This document shows, piece after piece, positions 26,210-41,342 of a DNA stretch of 64,000 bases; the first letter of the stretch is position 1; the number at the start of each line of letters is the position of its first letter. The notes beneath the pieces were generated by a model. That model ran no database searches. It was not told the DNA's origin and saw only the letters and a list, made by a program, of their open reading frames with translations. Source of the DNA: the human T2T-CHM13v2.0 reference genome, Homo sapiens; assembly GCF_009914755.1 (NCBI RefSeq), contig NC_060926.1; one strand, written 5' to 3'. Position numbers and translations under genes: made by a program.

Positions 26210-26540
26210 AGCCGGGTGTGGTGGCTCACGCCTGTAATCCCAGCACTTTGGGATGCCGAGGCGGGTGGATCACCTGAGGCCAGGAGTTTGAGACCAGCCT
26301 GGCCAACACGGCGAAACTCTGTCTCTACTAAAGATATAAAAATTAGCCAGGTATGGTGCATGCCTGTAATCCCAGCTACTGGGGAGGCTGAGGCAGGAGA
26401 ATTGCTTAAACCTAGGAGGCGGCAGTTGCATTGAGCCAAGATCACGCCATTGCACCCCAAGCTGGAAGACAGAGTAAGACTCCATCTCAAAAACATAAAT
26501 ATAAAATAAAATAAAATAAAAAAATAAAATAAAATAAAAT
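26210..26540 (+). mobile_element. AluS (Sx-like) with an (AAAAT)n tail
   Basis: Full Alu. TSD aaaatgtcaaag at 26197-26208 and 26541-26552. Confidence 0.93.
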
Positions 26541-26918
26541 AAAATGTCAAAGGGAGGAATCCCTTTGTAGTAATAGAGAAGCTATTAGTTGTCGTCCACC
26601 TTCAACAAACAACTATAGAATGGCGTCTAAAAGGAGTCTGTAGCCAAGAGCTATGGAGTGTGTGGAATTTGAGTCAGACTCTTACCCTACTCTAAGGGCC
26701 TCACAGCCTAGGAGAAACTCTTAACAATCTGTGTAAATAGCTAGAAGAGATACAAAGTAACGTTTGCCCCAACATAGGTGCAGATTTTCTAGCCTAAGAA
26801 GTTTCTGTATAAATAACTTCACTGAAGATTTCAAGACACCTTGAAATTTAGGTAGATTTGTAGCTGCAAGGATGTCATTCCTAACAGAGAGACAACCTAA
26901 GAAAGGGCACAAGGGCAG

Positions 26919-27268
26919 AGTCTCAGTTCATTTGAGCTGCTGTAACAAAACACCATAAACCAAGTAGTGATAAACAACAGAAATACACTTCTCACAGTTC
27001 TTGATGCTGGCAAGTCCAAGACCAGGGCAGATTCAGTGTCTGCTGAGGGCCCCCTCTCTGGTTCATAAATGACTCTTTCTTGCTGTGTCCTCACATGGTG
27101 AAAGAGGCCAGTGAGCTCTCCGAGGCCTCTTTTATAAGGGCACTAATCCCATTCATGAGGGTTGCACCTAGTCCCCTCCCAAAGAACCTATCTCCTAAGA
27201 ACATCACCTTGGGGATTAGGTTTCAACATGTGAATGTTGCAGGGGACACAAACATTCAGACTCTATCA
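26919..27268 (-). mobile_element. MLT1A/A0-like MaLR solo LTR
   Basis: gctgctgtaacaaaacaccata...gcctcttttataagggcactaatcccattcatgaggg...aacattcagactctatca. 5-bp TSD ggcag at 26914-26918 and 27269-27273. Confidence 0.88.
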
Positions 27269-29674
27269 GGCAGGAAGACAGGGGGATGATGTGGGAAATA
27301 GCAAGGAGTTCTGTTGGCTGAAATGTCAGGTAACCAAAGAAGTATCAGGGGGAAAGTGAGATGAAGATATGGGTAGAGCCAGGTCACAGAGGGCATCAAA
27401 TGTCACAAAAGTCCTAAGGTCCTGAATGTGGTATACAAGGCGATCAGATGGTTTTCTGCATAGACAACTAATCCACAAACTGCCAAACGTGTTAGAGGAC
27501 AATGGAAATTCTGGTGGCCTGGGGTTGTATTCTTAAAACAACATGATGGACAATACCAAGAAGGAAAAGTTAATTTTCATTTTTCCTCATAAATGTCCCA
27601 GTGACTCAAGGGATGAAGATACAGGAGCTTGCATTGTGCCTTCAGGAGAATGACTTAGAGCCCAAGATGACTCAAGTTACTCATGAAGAATTTATTGTCT
27701 GTACCTTGTGTGTACAGTACTAGACTCAACACCAGGGGGGTCAGCAGGTAGGACATCCATGGATATCCCAGGCCATCTGGGAAGATAAAGCCTTCAAAAC
27801 TGGCAACTGCAGCAACAGCCCAAGAGCTAAGTGTGGGTGTAGGTGAGCTGCGGCCTTGGGAGCTCAAAGAACAGGAAGGGAGAGAGCAGGTTGAGGGCGT
27901 CCAGCAGGGCAGAGGGTGTGGTGCAGGAGCTGAAGCTGACATCCAGAAAGGACTTAGACAAACAGGGAGGGTAAAAACACTCCTTGCACTGAGCAGGGGA
28001 TGAGCAGGGGAGCAGAGGAGCAGGCGGTGGGCAGGGCCTTGATCCTGGAATGCCAGGCCCCTCCCTGCTCAGGGGCATGTTGGGATTTCCCTCATGTGGT
28101 CTGTCTGCTTAGTCAGCCTTTATCGGCAGAGGCCGACCCCAGCCCACCAGCCTAGTCTTGTGGTGTCATCCCAGCCAGAGCTGGCAGTACAGATCCCAGC
28201 CAGAGCTGCCTGCCCTGAGCCCTCCACTTGCTTAGGGAGGAGGCCCTTCCTTGGCCTTTGTTTCTGCCACTTTCCGCAGAGAGAAGCTGGTGATGACTTG
28301 CTGAGTAAAAAGTGGATTGACCAACTTTCCGGGTAAAAACAGTAACACGGTGTTCCCGTGAGAACCAGCTGGGCCTGGCTGCTACAGGTGGCCCCTGGGG
28401 TCAGATCCCCAATATTGTAGGTGAAATACCTTCAGTCTGAAATAAAGAAGCATACTCAAAACATTTTGGTCTGAAAGCAAAGACAAATGGGTTGTTTTAT
28501 CAGTGTGGCTCACAGTGTTTTTAGGGACCAGTGCAAGATGGTTGTTGTCCTATGTTTGTTCATTTGGGTGGTTTCTTTTTTTCTCCTGTATATTTTTTAT
28601 TACTAAATGGCACAAAGATGTGTGGTGAAGCTATACATACTATCATTTTGGGCTTGGTTCTCTCTATCCGAGGCAGAGACAACAGCTTGGAATACGTGTT
28701 AAGTAATAGCTGAAAAGGCAGCTGCTCTGTGGAGAGAGCAGCCCTGGAGTAAGACACAGGGTTCTTACAGGGTTTGAATCCAGGTTCTGCCCCTTGGGAG
28801 CTGTGAGTTTTAGGGCAATGGCCTTCACTTCCCTCATTTTAGATTCTGCAGCTGCCCAATGGCTCTTCATATCTACTTTACAAGTGTCTGCTATTCAACT
28901 GCTCAATAAATGGTAAAGGTCACTCTAATTATGACTGGGGATAGAGTATGGGGTTGAGGAAGCTGGCACTGCTGTCTGATTATGCAGCAAAGATCCTTCT
29001 CTGCACAGCATCAAGTTAGGATCTGCTCCAGGGGACTATGCCCCCTTGGTGGTATGGAAACTGTCTTGGCCTCCAATCCATGTGAACCAGCCTTCCCAGC
29101 CTTCCCCAGAACCCCTACAAGGCTGACCCAGTCACCACTGCTTCTATGTGAAAAAAAGTTTAAGGAGGAAGTGAAAAGGCTGTCCCTGGTGCAGGCACCA
29201 GGGAATCCTCCCAGCGACTCGGCGGGTAAGCCAGCAGAGGAGGAAACCTTCTGCTCCTTGAGCCCCTCCGCAGCAGCTGGTAACAGCCTTGAAGGTATTA
29301 CACTGATGCAAGAGAAAGGCTCTCGGAGAATACAATTTTCCCTCAACAAAACAACCCAGGCAGAGTGTTAGGGGCATGTGCAGAGCCCCCTCTCAGGGCT
29401 GACCCAGAGGGACAGGATCACATTTGACACCAAGCATCCTGAAACTTGGAAATATTGGAGTGTAGGTGGCAGGAAAGGTGTCTGTTATCCCCGTGCAGCC
29501 ATCAAATTTACTGTTGGCTCCAGGCAGGCTGCCATACCCTGGGAATGCAGGCAGGGAGTCTGGTTGGCTTTACCACATAAAACACCATAGAAAACCAGAT
29601 ACTTTACGTCCTTTCTAAAGTAAATCAAAGGATGACTAGATGCATAGATGAATAATAGACAGAGAATACTAGCC

Positions 29675-29885
29675 AACATTCGTTGAATGCTCAGTGTGCG
29701 TCAGGCATTGTTCCAAGCACTCTGCATATATTAACTCATTTCATCCTCATAAGGGTATTTGAGGTTGGTGCTATTATTATTTGCCCCATTTTACAAATGA
29801 GGAAACTAAGGCACAAAGTAGTTAAGTAACTATCCCAAGGTCACACAGCATTGAAACCCAGCAGTTGGACTCCATTGCCAATGCT
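29675..29885 (-). mobile_element. MIR
   Basis: ccccattttacaaatgaggaaactaaggcacaaagtagttaagtaactatcccaaggtcacacagc. Confidence 0.8.
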
Positions 29886-30454
29886 CTTTACCTGGTAGAG
29901 AGAGCCTTGATGGAGATCTCAGGTGATCCTCATCCCCACTAATAAGAGTGGTTTGTGTGCTTTCCTTTCCTATAGTCTTCAGATTTAAAACATTGACATA
30001 AACGTCTGATATGGTTCCAAGTGGCTCCTAGGATGAAATGCAGAGAAGTGAAGAGTCGGGGGCTGGAGTCAGACAGAAATGAGTCCAAGTCCTGGCTCTG
30101 CACTGTCCAGCTGTTTGGCTGTAGGCAAGTCCTTCATCCTCCAAGTCCGAGTTTTCTCATCAAACAAATGGGATGATGACCTGCTTCACCTGCTTCCCAG
30201 AGCAGTGGTGAGGGCCAGGAGGCTGAGGGTCTGACAGTGCCTACACTTCTAGCTTAGGTTCCTTGTTGACAGCACTGGAGTTGAGTCAGAAGAAAACCAA
30301 GGTGGGCTATGACTGTGAGGTTGGAGAAGCCCACCATGAGGAATTACAACTTCCCTCTCTAGCAGACTTCATGACCATAAGCTGGGATCATAGGTCCTCA
30401 TGCCTGGCACTGAGGAGCCAGAGAGAGGGGGCTTGATTAAATGAGACACCAGAC

Positions 30455-30916
30455 ACTGTTGGTTACCTACCAGATGGTCCCTATCCCTTCCTCTCTAGTA
30501 GTGGCCTACCTCTCAAAATAGAGGCTAAAAATCCAGTTACATGCTTTACTGGTCTACTTTGCATGAAAGACATATGTAAGTTACCCAATCCTGGTCAAAA
30601 GGGATCTGAGAAAAGGTCTTCTGGGGTGGGAAGGATTCTGGAAAAGGTTTTTCTTTCATCCAGACAAGCCTGCTGGATTTTATCGTGTCTGTGTGATGCC
30701 TGGAGTTGCCACAGCTAACTTTCAATGGTGAGGGGAGATAAGGCCTCCAAGCTGAACATGGCAGAGTAGAAAGGGACTGGGAACATCCCTGAGCTGCAGA
30801 ATTAGTCCTGAAACAGGACCTGGGCCACATGCTGTGTGGGATAATTAACCCTTTGTGTCAAGGCCTGTCTTAGTGGGGTCTTATGTTCCTTGCAAGAGAA
30901 AGCATCCTACTTAATA
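30455..30916 (+). mobile_element. Old MLT1 (K/L-type) MaLR LTR
   Basis: gtgtgatgcctggagttgccacagc...gcagagtagaaag...tgttccttgcaagagaaagcatcctact. Approximate. Confidence 0.55.
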
Positions 30917-32784
30917 TGAAGGAGAATGGGGCTGAGCCAGGAGGCCCTGAACTTGGTGAGGACTGTTGCTAGCGAGTTGATCTGGGCCAGTTACAAACCT
31001 GTCTGGGTTATAGAGTCTCAATTTATTAAAGAGGGCTAGTAATCCCTGCTCTACCACCTTCAAAGAGTATTTGTGAGGCGAAATGAAACATTTTTTTTGT
31101 CTCCACCTCCTACTTTGATCTGGAGATACAAAAATGAATAAAATGTGGTACAAAGGCAGAGATGGGAGTGAACACCCTGTTCAAGGGACAGAATGAAGTT
31201 CAATATGAGTGAGAAGAGTGGTCAGTGAGTAGGAGAGGCAGGTGTGACCTCAATGTCTTCCTTTGTAAAGAGAGGGAGTTGAACCATGTCACTTCTTAAG
31301 TTCCCTTCCAACAGCAAGATTCTAGAAATCACGTGCAGCTGTCACTCAATCTCTGCTAGGCATGCCTGTCCCTATAGCACAGGTCCCTTGACATTGTGGC
31401 TATTTTTTTGTCCAGCTACCCACAAGGTCAGGGACTGTGTCTTAGTCATCTCTGTATCCCCAGCAATCAATAACAAAAATTAGTTGGATGAAATAATAAA
31501 TTAACAAATGAATAAAGGACTCTGTTTCATAGCTTAACTGAAACTCAGTTGAAAGAATAAGTGAAAGAAATGAAACATTTAAAGAGTGTTATCCAGAATA
31601 ATGAGCTACAGAGATTCTCAATGAACCTTTTCAATACAGAATGTTTAAATAAGTAATATGCAACATAACATAACAGAATAACATAACATCCCCCATTCTG
31701 AGAGTCAAGTAGCTAGCTAATTTTCTTATGACTACGGGAGGTACTTACCAGCAAAAGAGAGTTGTCAATGAACTTCCTTAAATACTATTTTCCCAAAGAG
31801 GAAATGAAAAGATAAACTGTAAAACTTGACATGCCCAGTATGAAAAGGCTATCTGATGACTTGAAATTAGGCTGCTTATGTTGGAGTTTGTAACGAGATA
31901 TTCAGAGAAAAATGTGAACACTGAAATGATTTTCTTTTAGAAGAAATGCAAGGAAGACCATAAAAGACAAAGTTGGTCTCTGAAAATAGATAGCTGTGTC
32001 TGCTTTCTAAGTAAATCTCACTGCATAGTCAAGGTAGTACTTATTTTTATCCATGTTCTTTTAAAAAATGTGACATGTCTACCAGAAGCACGATAAATGA
32101 TGACATCGTGTTAAAGCTAATATGTCGTGGCTTCACAGCTCAGCCCCAGTCAAATCTCTTGCAGACTTCAAAGCTGGTGCCCGGAGACATCTTTCAAGAT
32201 GACACAGCTGGGTTGCCAGGGTAACCCACTGGATGAAGCTCTAGCTGGCTTTGGGAAAGATTACATAAGACCAGACCAACCAGGAAGAGTCAAGGGGTAT
32301 CCTGGGGGTGAACAGAGTTGTGGCTGTTGTCTGTTCAGCTTTCAGGATAAGGGAATGGTGGTGACATTTGGAAGTGGGTAGCATTAGACACCTGGAGCAC
32401 CTATCTCAATACAAAAGTCTTCATGGCGAGACTGATGATGAAAACATTGGGAAAATGGGGATTCTGGTTGACAGAGAATAATAATAATACATATCAGGCA
32501 GGAATGACCATTTCCCCAAGAATCAATCTCACCATTTAGTTTTACGATTTCCAAGCTGTCATAGATGTCCCATTATTTTGTGTTAGGGATGTATGTTAAT
32601 ATGTGTTTATCATTTGAAGGGATGAATGACTCCCTTAAAGGACTAAAATTCTATTAAATTCATAACTTGCAATGGAGGAGATATAAAGAACCTGCTGACT
32701 GTGTGTGTGTGCGTGTGTGTCTGATTTTCTACATACATACATACACACATGCACATATATATATTCAGTTCATTGATGTGGGTG

Positions 32785-33233
32785 CCTTAGTTAGGATCTA
32801 AGTTTAACTGTGACAGAGACTCACATGGTGTCGACATGACTGAAGATTAATTTTCTCATGGGGAAAGTCCAAGCCGGTTTGGTAGCTGTGCTCTGTGAGT
32901 CCTCAAGGCCTCGGTCTCTTTCTCTTTTCGTGCTCCTTCCTAGGGTGTTGCTGTGATTCATGACCTTACCTGGCTCACCACAGTGTCACATAAGTTGGTA
33001 GGAAGGAGAAGACAGAGGAGTAGGGGAGCATGTCCTTCCCCTCAGGGTCAAGACCCAGAAAGAGTGTACATCACTTCAGCCTATGTCCAAGACCTAATCT
33101 CAGGGCAATAGCTAGCCGCAGAGAACACTGGAAAAGTAGCCTTCATTTTGGTTGGCCACATGTTCAGTTAAAAGTCAGTTACTATGGAAGAAAAGAAGAC
33201 TAGATAATGGGGATAGCTAGCAGTCTCTGCTCA
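32785..33233 (-). mobile_element. Old MLT1 (I/J-type) MaLR LTR
   Basis: catcacttcagcctatgtcc...ctagccgcagagaacactggaaaagtagcctt...gctagcagtctctgctca. Approximate. Confidence 0.6.
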
Positions 33234-33949
33234 GTGGGTACATTTTTGGAGGGCTTCTTTCTGTCATCAGCCTCTCTTCTGAAGGTCAAGTGCAAGATGT
33301 GCAGCTATGTCAGCTTTCTTCCTTGCAGATGGGATTTGAGGCCCTAACAAGCAGGAATGGACTCACTCTGTATGCTTCTGCATTATCAAGAGTGGTTAGT
33401 GCTAAAATACCCTGTTCTGCTGCCTGGGCTGGACCTGACAGCTTCCCCAGGGCTTTGCTCTGTCTGAGGCACTGAGGACTGAGAGAAACTTCATCCAAAT
33501 AGAGAGAATTATACTGTGACCATAAAGGTCCCACCAATTGATCACTTCATATGCTGTAGGTGATGGGGTTCATTTTGAAAACAAGAGAAACTGTTATCCA
33601 TAAGTTGATAGCTTACACAACCCCCCACTGCCATCATCTCTACCCTTTTCCTGCACCCACTCCCCAGCCTTTATCCCCACATGGAGCCCGGCAGGCTGTG
33701 CCACTGGACTGGTTGACTGTAACTACTACTTTTGTTTCTTGCTGTGTGTCAGTCTGGCAACAGAGGTCTTTATTTAATCGCATTACTTGAATATCACATA
33801 ATGAGCAGGCCAGCAGGGGCATCAGGCAGTGCCACATAGGGTAAGGGACAAACACCTAGCGTGAGAGATGCTGAAACACAGGGGCTTGGGCCTGCAGTCA
33901 CACTCATAGTCAGATTTACTGATACAGAATGACTGTTTGATCTTTGTAC

Positions 33950-34255
33950 TTCATCCATCCATGTATTTGTTGAACATTATTGAGCATCTACTCTATAAAA
34001 GCCTCAAATTAGGATTCTGGAATGAACCAACAGCCATGACTCCTGCCCTCAAAGAGCTCAATCAATGAGGGAGTCCACCAAGTGGACTGGCAATAATAAT
34101 ACAGTGAGACAAATGTGGCCCAAGAGGCTGTGAAAAATGGGTGGTGCTGGAAGAGGCTCCAGGAAGGCCTCTCAGAAGAAATAACACTCAAGCCATATCT
34201 GAATATAGTGAACCAGGTGGTGATGAAAAGAAGGAACTCCCAGCAGCAGGAAGCA
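33950..34255 (-). mobile_element. L2 fragment
   Basis: ttattgagcatctactct...ctcctgccctcaaagagctc...ggaaggcctctcagaagaaataacact. Confidence 0.6.
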
Positions 34256-34844
34256 CTTGCAATCTTTTTTTTTTCTTGCTAAGATTTATTTCTTCCCAGT
34301 CCTAGTCCGCAAAATCATCTTGCAAGGCAAGATCCTAGATATTTCTCAGCCACTCTAAAAATACATCCATAATCTAATGGAAACAAGCACACTGGCAAGA
34401 CATTCCCCTTCCTGCCCATTAGTCAGCCTTTTATCAGAACAGCCCTGTTGAGGACAGAGAACATGATGCGGATTGCGATGTGTCAGTGACATGGGACTGG
34501 AAGCATCCAGATGACAGGGGCTTGGCTCTCCATCTCCAGGGAACCTTCCTCTGAACTCTAGCCAGGCAAGGGCCACAGTTCAAGGCCCTGAACTCTGCAT
34601 GCTTTGATCCAGTAGTGCCAGGGTTGGCTCCTTTTCCCAAGGAAGAAGAAAATCTTTGCTTGATAGATCAAGCAGTTGTGGCATTTTCTGATCCTGCTGG
34701 TAGTTTTCAGAAAAATAAAGGAAAGGGAAAAAGAAGGGAGCTAATGTTTATTGAGACCCTACTATGTGTTAAATAGATGCTATGAGAGAAACAGAGAAGG
34801 AGATAGGATCCCTTGGAAACAGTATTGAACAAAAACAAGAGCAA

Positions 34845-35235
34845 TAATTACAGCAAATGCTTATGTAGCATTCGCTGTGTACCTGGGTACTATGCTATAC
34901 ATGTTCTCTGTGTTATCTGTTTAATTCATACAACAGCCTTCTGCCCTAGATACCATTATTATCCCCATTTTACAGATGAGGCAATCGAGGCACAAGGAGA
35001 GGAAGTAACATGTCTAAGGACACACAACTAGTGAATGACTAAGCTGCGCATAGGTTCTAACTTCACATTTCCCAGCTCTGACTCTTGCTGTGTGACAAAT
35101 GACATAAACCATTTGAGCCTCAGTTACTTCATCTGAATGATGGAGACAGCAATGCCTTACACCCAGCTCTGTGGTGAGGGTGTCAGTGATTATGCTGAAA
35201 GACAAAGCTTGAATAGAGATAAGATGAAGGATGAT
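34845..35235. mobile_element. Two oppositely oriented MIR fragments, back to back
   Basis: ccccattttacagatgaggcaatcgaggcac (minus), followed by tgagcctcagttacttcatctg (plus). Confidence 0.65.
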
Positions 35236-36334
35236 CATGCCACATCACTAAATGTGGGGTAGTGCACTCACATATGACTGCTGTGGGGATAGGCTCCATC
35301 CAGGAAGGGGGCCTTGAACTTGGTCAAAGAGTAGACTAAGAGGAGGTTTGGAGGATTTTCCCAAACTCCCCAGACTGGGCCAACTCCAGAACTCTCTGAA
35401 GAGGACAGTGGTGGCTCAAGGTGCGAAAGGAGCCAGCTCCGTCTCCAGCACCCCCACTTCCACTGCTCCATGCCTTGCTCTCTGCTCTGTAATCCCCACC
35501 CCATGCCCCACTGCTATACTCTTGTCCTGCCCTCACCCAAACCTGCTCCCCCAAATGTCTCTCATCAATTTATTAATATTAACATGTCAGTGACTGATTA
35601 TATTTAATGTGTACATCCTGCTAAGGGATTTATAGTTTATCAGGAAAACCAAAGTAATAGTGATGAGGTTTTAGGGCCTGTTCAGGGGACTTTCTTTATG
35701 TTCTCAGATTAATATCAGAATATATGATACACACAGAGGTGGGCAATGCAAGGCAAGACTTTGTCATTTGTCAGGGAGAGGACTTTGACAAACCATGTTC
35801 TTCATGCACTCTGTGTGTGTGTGCTCTCACTCACACACATGCACGTGCCTATGCATACCGTGAGAATGAGGAGAGGGATAGATGTGTTTTGAAGTTCTGG
35901 CTGTCCTTGATTTTGACCCCCTTCAGGAAAATAATCTCTTTGCCGCATGGTCCTTTTTGGAGGCTGAAGCCTCTCAACCCCAAGAAGGGAAGCAGAGGTG
36001 GCCCCAGAGGCTGCCTGATAGCCATGTGATTTCTGTGGCTTGTCTCGGGGACTGGCCAGCAAAGCTGCTGAGCAGGGAGCCCCCCTCCCTAAGTGCTCCA
36101 CAGTGTAAAGGCCCCTTCCGCCTCCATGTACATCCATCAGTTCTCCATCAGAGGCTGAGGTTGGGGCTGACTGTGGGACGCTGGGTAATGGTTCTTATGG
36201 TTAGGAAAATACACATAGACATTCAGTTCCATCAAACCTTACTAAATGGATGATCCCAGCTATGACAAAGAGATGAACCTGCAGTCAATGCAAGGTCATC
36301 TACAGAAGAGGCCAGGGAAGGAGGAAGACTGTGA

Positions 36335-36490
36335 CAGAATGGTCCCCAACCACAGGAGTATGCATTTTTGATTCACCTGATGGGGCCCATCCCTCCCTCT
36401 TCTGATTCAGTGTAAAGGAGGTGAGACCAACATCTATACTTTGAAAAAGCTCCAAGATGACTCTGAAATGCATCCCAGGTTGCCTCTGGG
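36335..36490. mobile_element. MER5A-like MITE remnant
   Basis: tctgattcagtg...atctatactttgaaaaagctccaagatgactctgaaatgcatcccaggttg. Confidence 0.5.
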
Positions 36491-36698
36491 CTTTAACATG
36501 TTGCTGGAAGGGGACAGGCAGCTCTGAGTAACAGCAATTCCTTCGTTTCCCAGACGGTGGATGTGCCCATTCTACAGTACATTCACTCCCTCAAGGAAGA
36601 GTTTCCAAAGCCCTTGTCTGAGTCAGGCCCAGGGCTCAGTCCCCAGTTCTAGGGATACAGAGATGAATAAGATACCCAACCTTGGGTGAAGGTGCTTC

Positions 36699-36723
36699 CA
36701 GTGCAGTGCAGTGCAGTGCAGTG
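36699..36723 (+). repeat. (CAGTG)5 pentanucleotide repeat
   Basis: Read directly from the sequence. Confidence 0.9.
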
Positions 36724-39292
36724 AGGCAACTTTCCTCTCCTCAGCTCCTCCTCACCCCATCTCCTCTTCATTCCCTTAACTCCCTAGGCCATCCTCATCC
36801 TTCTTTGTCCTCACTCCCAAATCCACCCCATCACTATTCCCATCTTCCCCTCTCTTTTTTTTGGAGCTCAGACTTCATACTGCAGCATCTTGCCCCACAA
36901 TTCATCACCATCCACCAATAGCCAGGAAGGCCAATTTCAGTGGAACAAGAAGGGCTATGGCTGTGTGAAGGTACCATTGGCAGGAGTGATTTCTCAAATC
37001 TTCAGCAAGGGATTATTTAGCAAGTGCATGGAAAATACTAATTGAGATAGGAAACAGGAATTGTTGAAAGCAATTTTTTAAGTTACTTGGAAAAAGTACA
37101 GTGAAATTCCTGGAAAAATATTTGATGAATTATACATGTACCTACACCCCTGAGACCGTCATGGCCAAATTCAAATTATGGCCACAGGACAGCAAACAGA
37201 AGTTAGCCCTGGGCTGGACCTCAGTTCTAGCCCCACCACTGGCCCCTGTGATGCATCCTCATAACAGATGTTTCCCTTCTCTGGGCCTGTTTCCTCATCA
37301 CAAAAGATGTAAGAGCTAAATAATCTCTAAGGACTCTTGTTGGGACAGTCAGTCCAGTGTCTTCTTTGTGCTGAGCCCTCTTCACTCATCATTACGCCCA
37401 GATTTCTTCCTGGAGTGGGGAGTGGAGCCATACACAGGGGAATGCTCAGCTGTTCCCTGTGCTGCACAGACCCACTGGTCCAGACCTCATTCACCCATCT
37501 TTCCACGTTTCATCCTGTTGTCCATAAGCAAATGACACAGTTGTTCATCTATTCATCCCATAGAAATGTAAATAGCTTCTTCCATTTAAATGGTTGCATG
37601 TAGGGAGATCAATAATGAGAAAGCAATCAGACAGATCTTGCTCCAGAAGAGCCCCCAAGTCAAGAGGAGAGAGATAGACAGTTCGCTGTATTAGGCAAAT
37701 TGTGCTCAGCTCCCTTTGAAAGGGAAGTCCAGGAAGGTTGGGGAAATGAGCTGAGGGCTGGAAACACGCATGGGGAGGTGGCTGGTCGGAAAAGGCTTTC
37801 TGGAAGAAATCAGATTTGAGTGGGGCTCTGAACTGGGATAGAATTCCAGGAGATGGGCCCTAGTGGGGAGGGCATCACACCAGGAAGTCCTTCAGTGTGG
37901 GCAAGGCCCTCTGAGGTATAGCTGAGGGCACTGTAAGACTCGGGGGCCCCTCTTACCACTGTTGCTTGCATGGCAACGTAGACCTGGCAGCTCTTAGGAG
38001 GGGGCACTGAAGGCACACTTGCCTGTCATCCCCAGTTGGGGGAAACATTGGCTTAACAATGTTCAGCAAATTACACATTCATAATGAATCTTGTTGGCAG
38101 AACTTCCAAGCCCTTAGCACCAGGCAGTGCATCTGACAGCATCATTACCCCTCAGTATGAGTTTTGCCAGTTGTCATTTTCCCAAGCACTTTGGAGCCGA
38201 CTCCGCCTTTGCTTAGCAGTCACAGGGAAGCCAGCCCATTGGGCTCCACATGGCACTTCCTTTGGTTTTCTTGTCCTGTCCCCATTTTCCTCCAAACCCA
38301 TTCCAGTTTGTCCCTGCCTCACTCACTCAGCTGTGGCCAACCCCAAGGAGGGCATTTATCCCCTCAGGGTCAGATCCAGGGCATTTTGTCTTCTTAGCAG
38401 GGCCCACCAGGAAGAGACTCTCTAAGCAATCACTCTGCATTATGCCTTTCCTAAGGCAATTCAAATATTTGCATTTAGCAGTAGGAAACCATGGGCAGTT
38501 ATGGTGGCTGCCCTGTGGAAAAATGCAAAACCACTCATGGATGAAATAGAGAGACCAGAAGCTTTGGGTCAGATAGAGCTGGGTTCCAAGTTTCAGTGAG
38601 CCTCTGTTTCCTCATTTGTAAGATGAGAATAATCTCACAGAGGAGTTTGAATTAAATTAAAATGCCTAGCATATGCCTGCACTTAGGAAGTTACCAATAC
38701 TTCTGTTTCCCTCCGCTTCTTTCCAGAGAGAGCGGAAGTTTTATGTAATACAGTTTTGGGCCAGTTTCTAGACTACTGAATAAATATCTTCACCTTTCTT
38801 AACTACAGCTCCCATGATATCCTACCTTTCCTCAAAAACCTCCTGTATCCATGACATGTCATTAAATAAGAAAAGCCAATTGCAAAACCCTATATATTAA
38901 TAGAAAGATGTGCAGAATAATCTGATTTTTGTAAAATATACACACATAGCTCCCTGCCCCCTCTCTCTTCATAGCGTTTACTTCCAGGAAGTGGGATTGG
39001 TGAGAGTGAGGGTGCCCCTCATGCCTTATTTTTTTATTTTTTTGTCACTTAAAGTTTTCACAACATGTATGGAGTATCATTTTTTAAAAATATTTTGCTG
39101 ACACATGGTAATTGTATTCATGAGGTGTAATTTGATGTTTTGAGCTGTATATGCATATGTTGTAGAGTGATCAAATCAGGGCAGCTCCCATCACTATTCA
39201 TGTAAAACTAAATTCTAAAGAATAACAAAAGAAACCTCCTCTAACTCCCTTTGCCTCTGGAAAAGGTAAAAATTCCATTTCCTTGCACTGGG

Positions 39293-39840
39293 CCTGTCTC
39301 AGATATTTGGCTACAATTAACTGAATCCAGCAAACAGTGGTTTAAATAGACAGGAGTTTATTTTTGTCACATACAAAGAAGTTTGGAGCTGGACATTTGT
39401 TTAGCATTGGATCATGACTTCTGAACATCTCTGAGATTCTCTTGGTCTCTCCCTCGTGAATACAAGATGATTGCTGCAGTTCCAGGCTTCACATTACCAT
39501 TCAAGTCTGCCAGAGATAGGGAAAAGGTTCCAGCTGCATCAGTCCTTTTTAATCAGGAAATCAAAAGATTTCCAAAAAGTGCCTTCTACCCACCCACCTT
39601 CAGAAGACTGACTCATCTGTCTCTTTGGCCTAAACTATACCACTTGGACAGGAAATAATAATGAAAAGCAAGAAACAAGATCATCATGATTCATTTTAGT
39701 CCAATTATCATCTATTTCCTGGAAAAGGCAAGGGAATGGATCCTCCCCTGCAGGGCTTGGGACTTGAACAAAAGCACAGTTGTTACAGAAAGGAAAAACT
39801 GGGAAGGTGGAGTAGAAAGGTGACTAAGACTGTCTGCCAA
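39293..39840 (-). mobile_element. Old MLT1 (K/L-type) MaLR LTR
   Basis: aacagtggtttaaatagacaggagtttatttttgtcacat...caagatgattgctgcagttccaggc. Approximate. Confidence 0.55.
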
Positions 39841-40964
39841 AGGGCCCACTAACTTTCCTTCCTCACTGCTGTGGTCTGTGCACTAGCTCACATGGGTGGC
39901 TCACAGTCCCCAGACATTCTGCAACATTGCACCTCCAGCCTTGTACTCAAGCTGTTCCCTTGGCCTGTGACATTCTCCCTTGGGAGGCTGTGGTGACAGG
40001 AACAAGGCACTCACATACTGTGAACATCATCACAAGAGTGAAGCCCAGCAGGTTCCATGTGGCTTCTTGACTCTGCGTGGCCCCACAGCCAGCTCTGTGG
40101 CTCCTGTCGGGCTCTCATATCTAATTGATGAGCTCCAATCGGTGACTTTCTTTATCATGAAGGGTTATGAAATGGCATAGTGTAGCCTTGATCCAGTGAC
40201 ACTTCTCTGCAGCACTGTGACGAGTCCTACAAAGAAGAGGTAGAATAGAGTGTACTTCTCCAAACACTGATGGATGGCACAATGGTAGGTGGTGTGAGCT
40301 GATGGAGGGAAATGAATTTGCTTCCTAAACAGCCAAGCTTGGCCACCCACAGTGAGCTCAGTGTCACCCTGGATTGCAGTTACTTGTGTGTATGTCTCCA
40401 CTTCCTGTAGGTCAGGGGCTAGCTGAGTATTCTTGAAAAGTTAACTGGTGAATAAGGTTGGTTTGAGGATTTCCCTTGGCTTTATGCCATCTGGACCCCA
40501 GAGTCCCTCCTGCCCAGTGGCAGAATTTCAGAGCTATACAGCCCCAGAAGAATGGTAAAGGAAGAAAGGCCCTCAAAGCTCAACAGCAGTGAGTCCTGAT
40601 GAACAGGCCTCAGGGGGTGAGCTGGTCATCCATTCTCCCTTTACTCATTTCAGAATGGACACTATTCTGAGAAAGATGGGGAGTGTAACACAGAGAATGG
40701 CCTCCTTTGACACCCACTCGTCCCTTGGGGGGTTGGCCGTACAGTGAAAAATCTGGTTGTCACTGAGAAACAGCCATCAACCTGACCATTTTTGAGCTCC
40801 CCCCTGTTCCTTAGTCTAAATTTATGATCTCTCCATGAACTTAATCTCATAGCTGTGAGAGAGGCTCTTACAGGTCATTCTGGCCAACTTCCTGTCCATC
40901 AGACAGAAGAGGAACCTGGAGCTCAGCGGAGGGAAAGACCTTCAGCAGGAGAGCTTGAGAGGTC

Positions 40965-41342
<378 letters not shown>
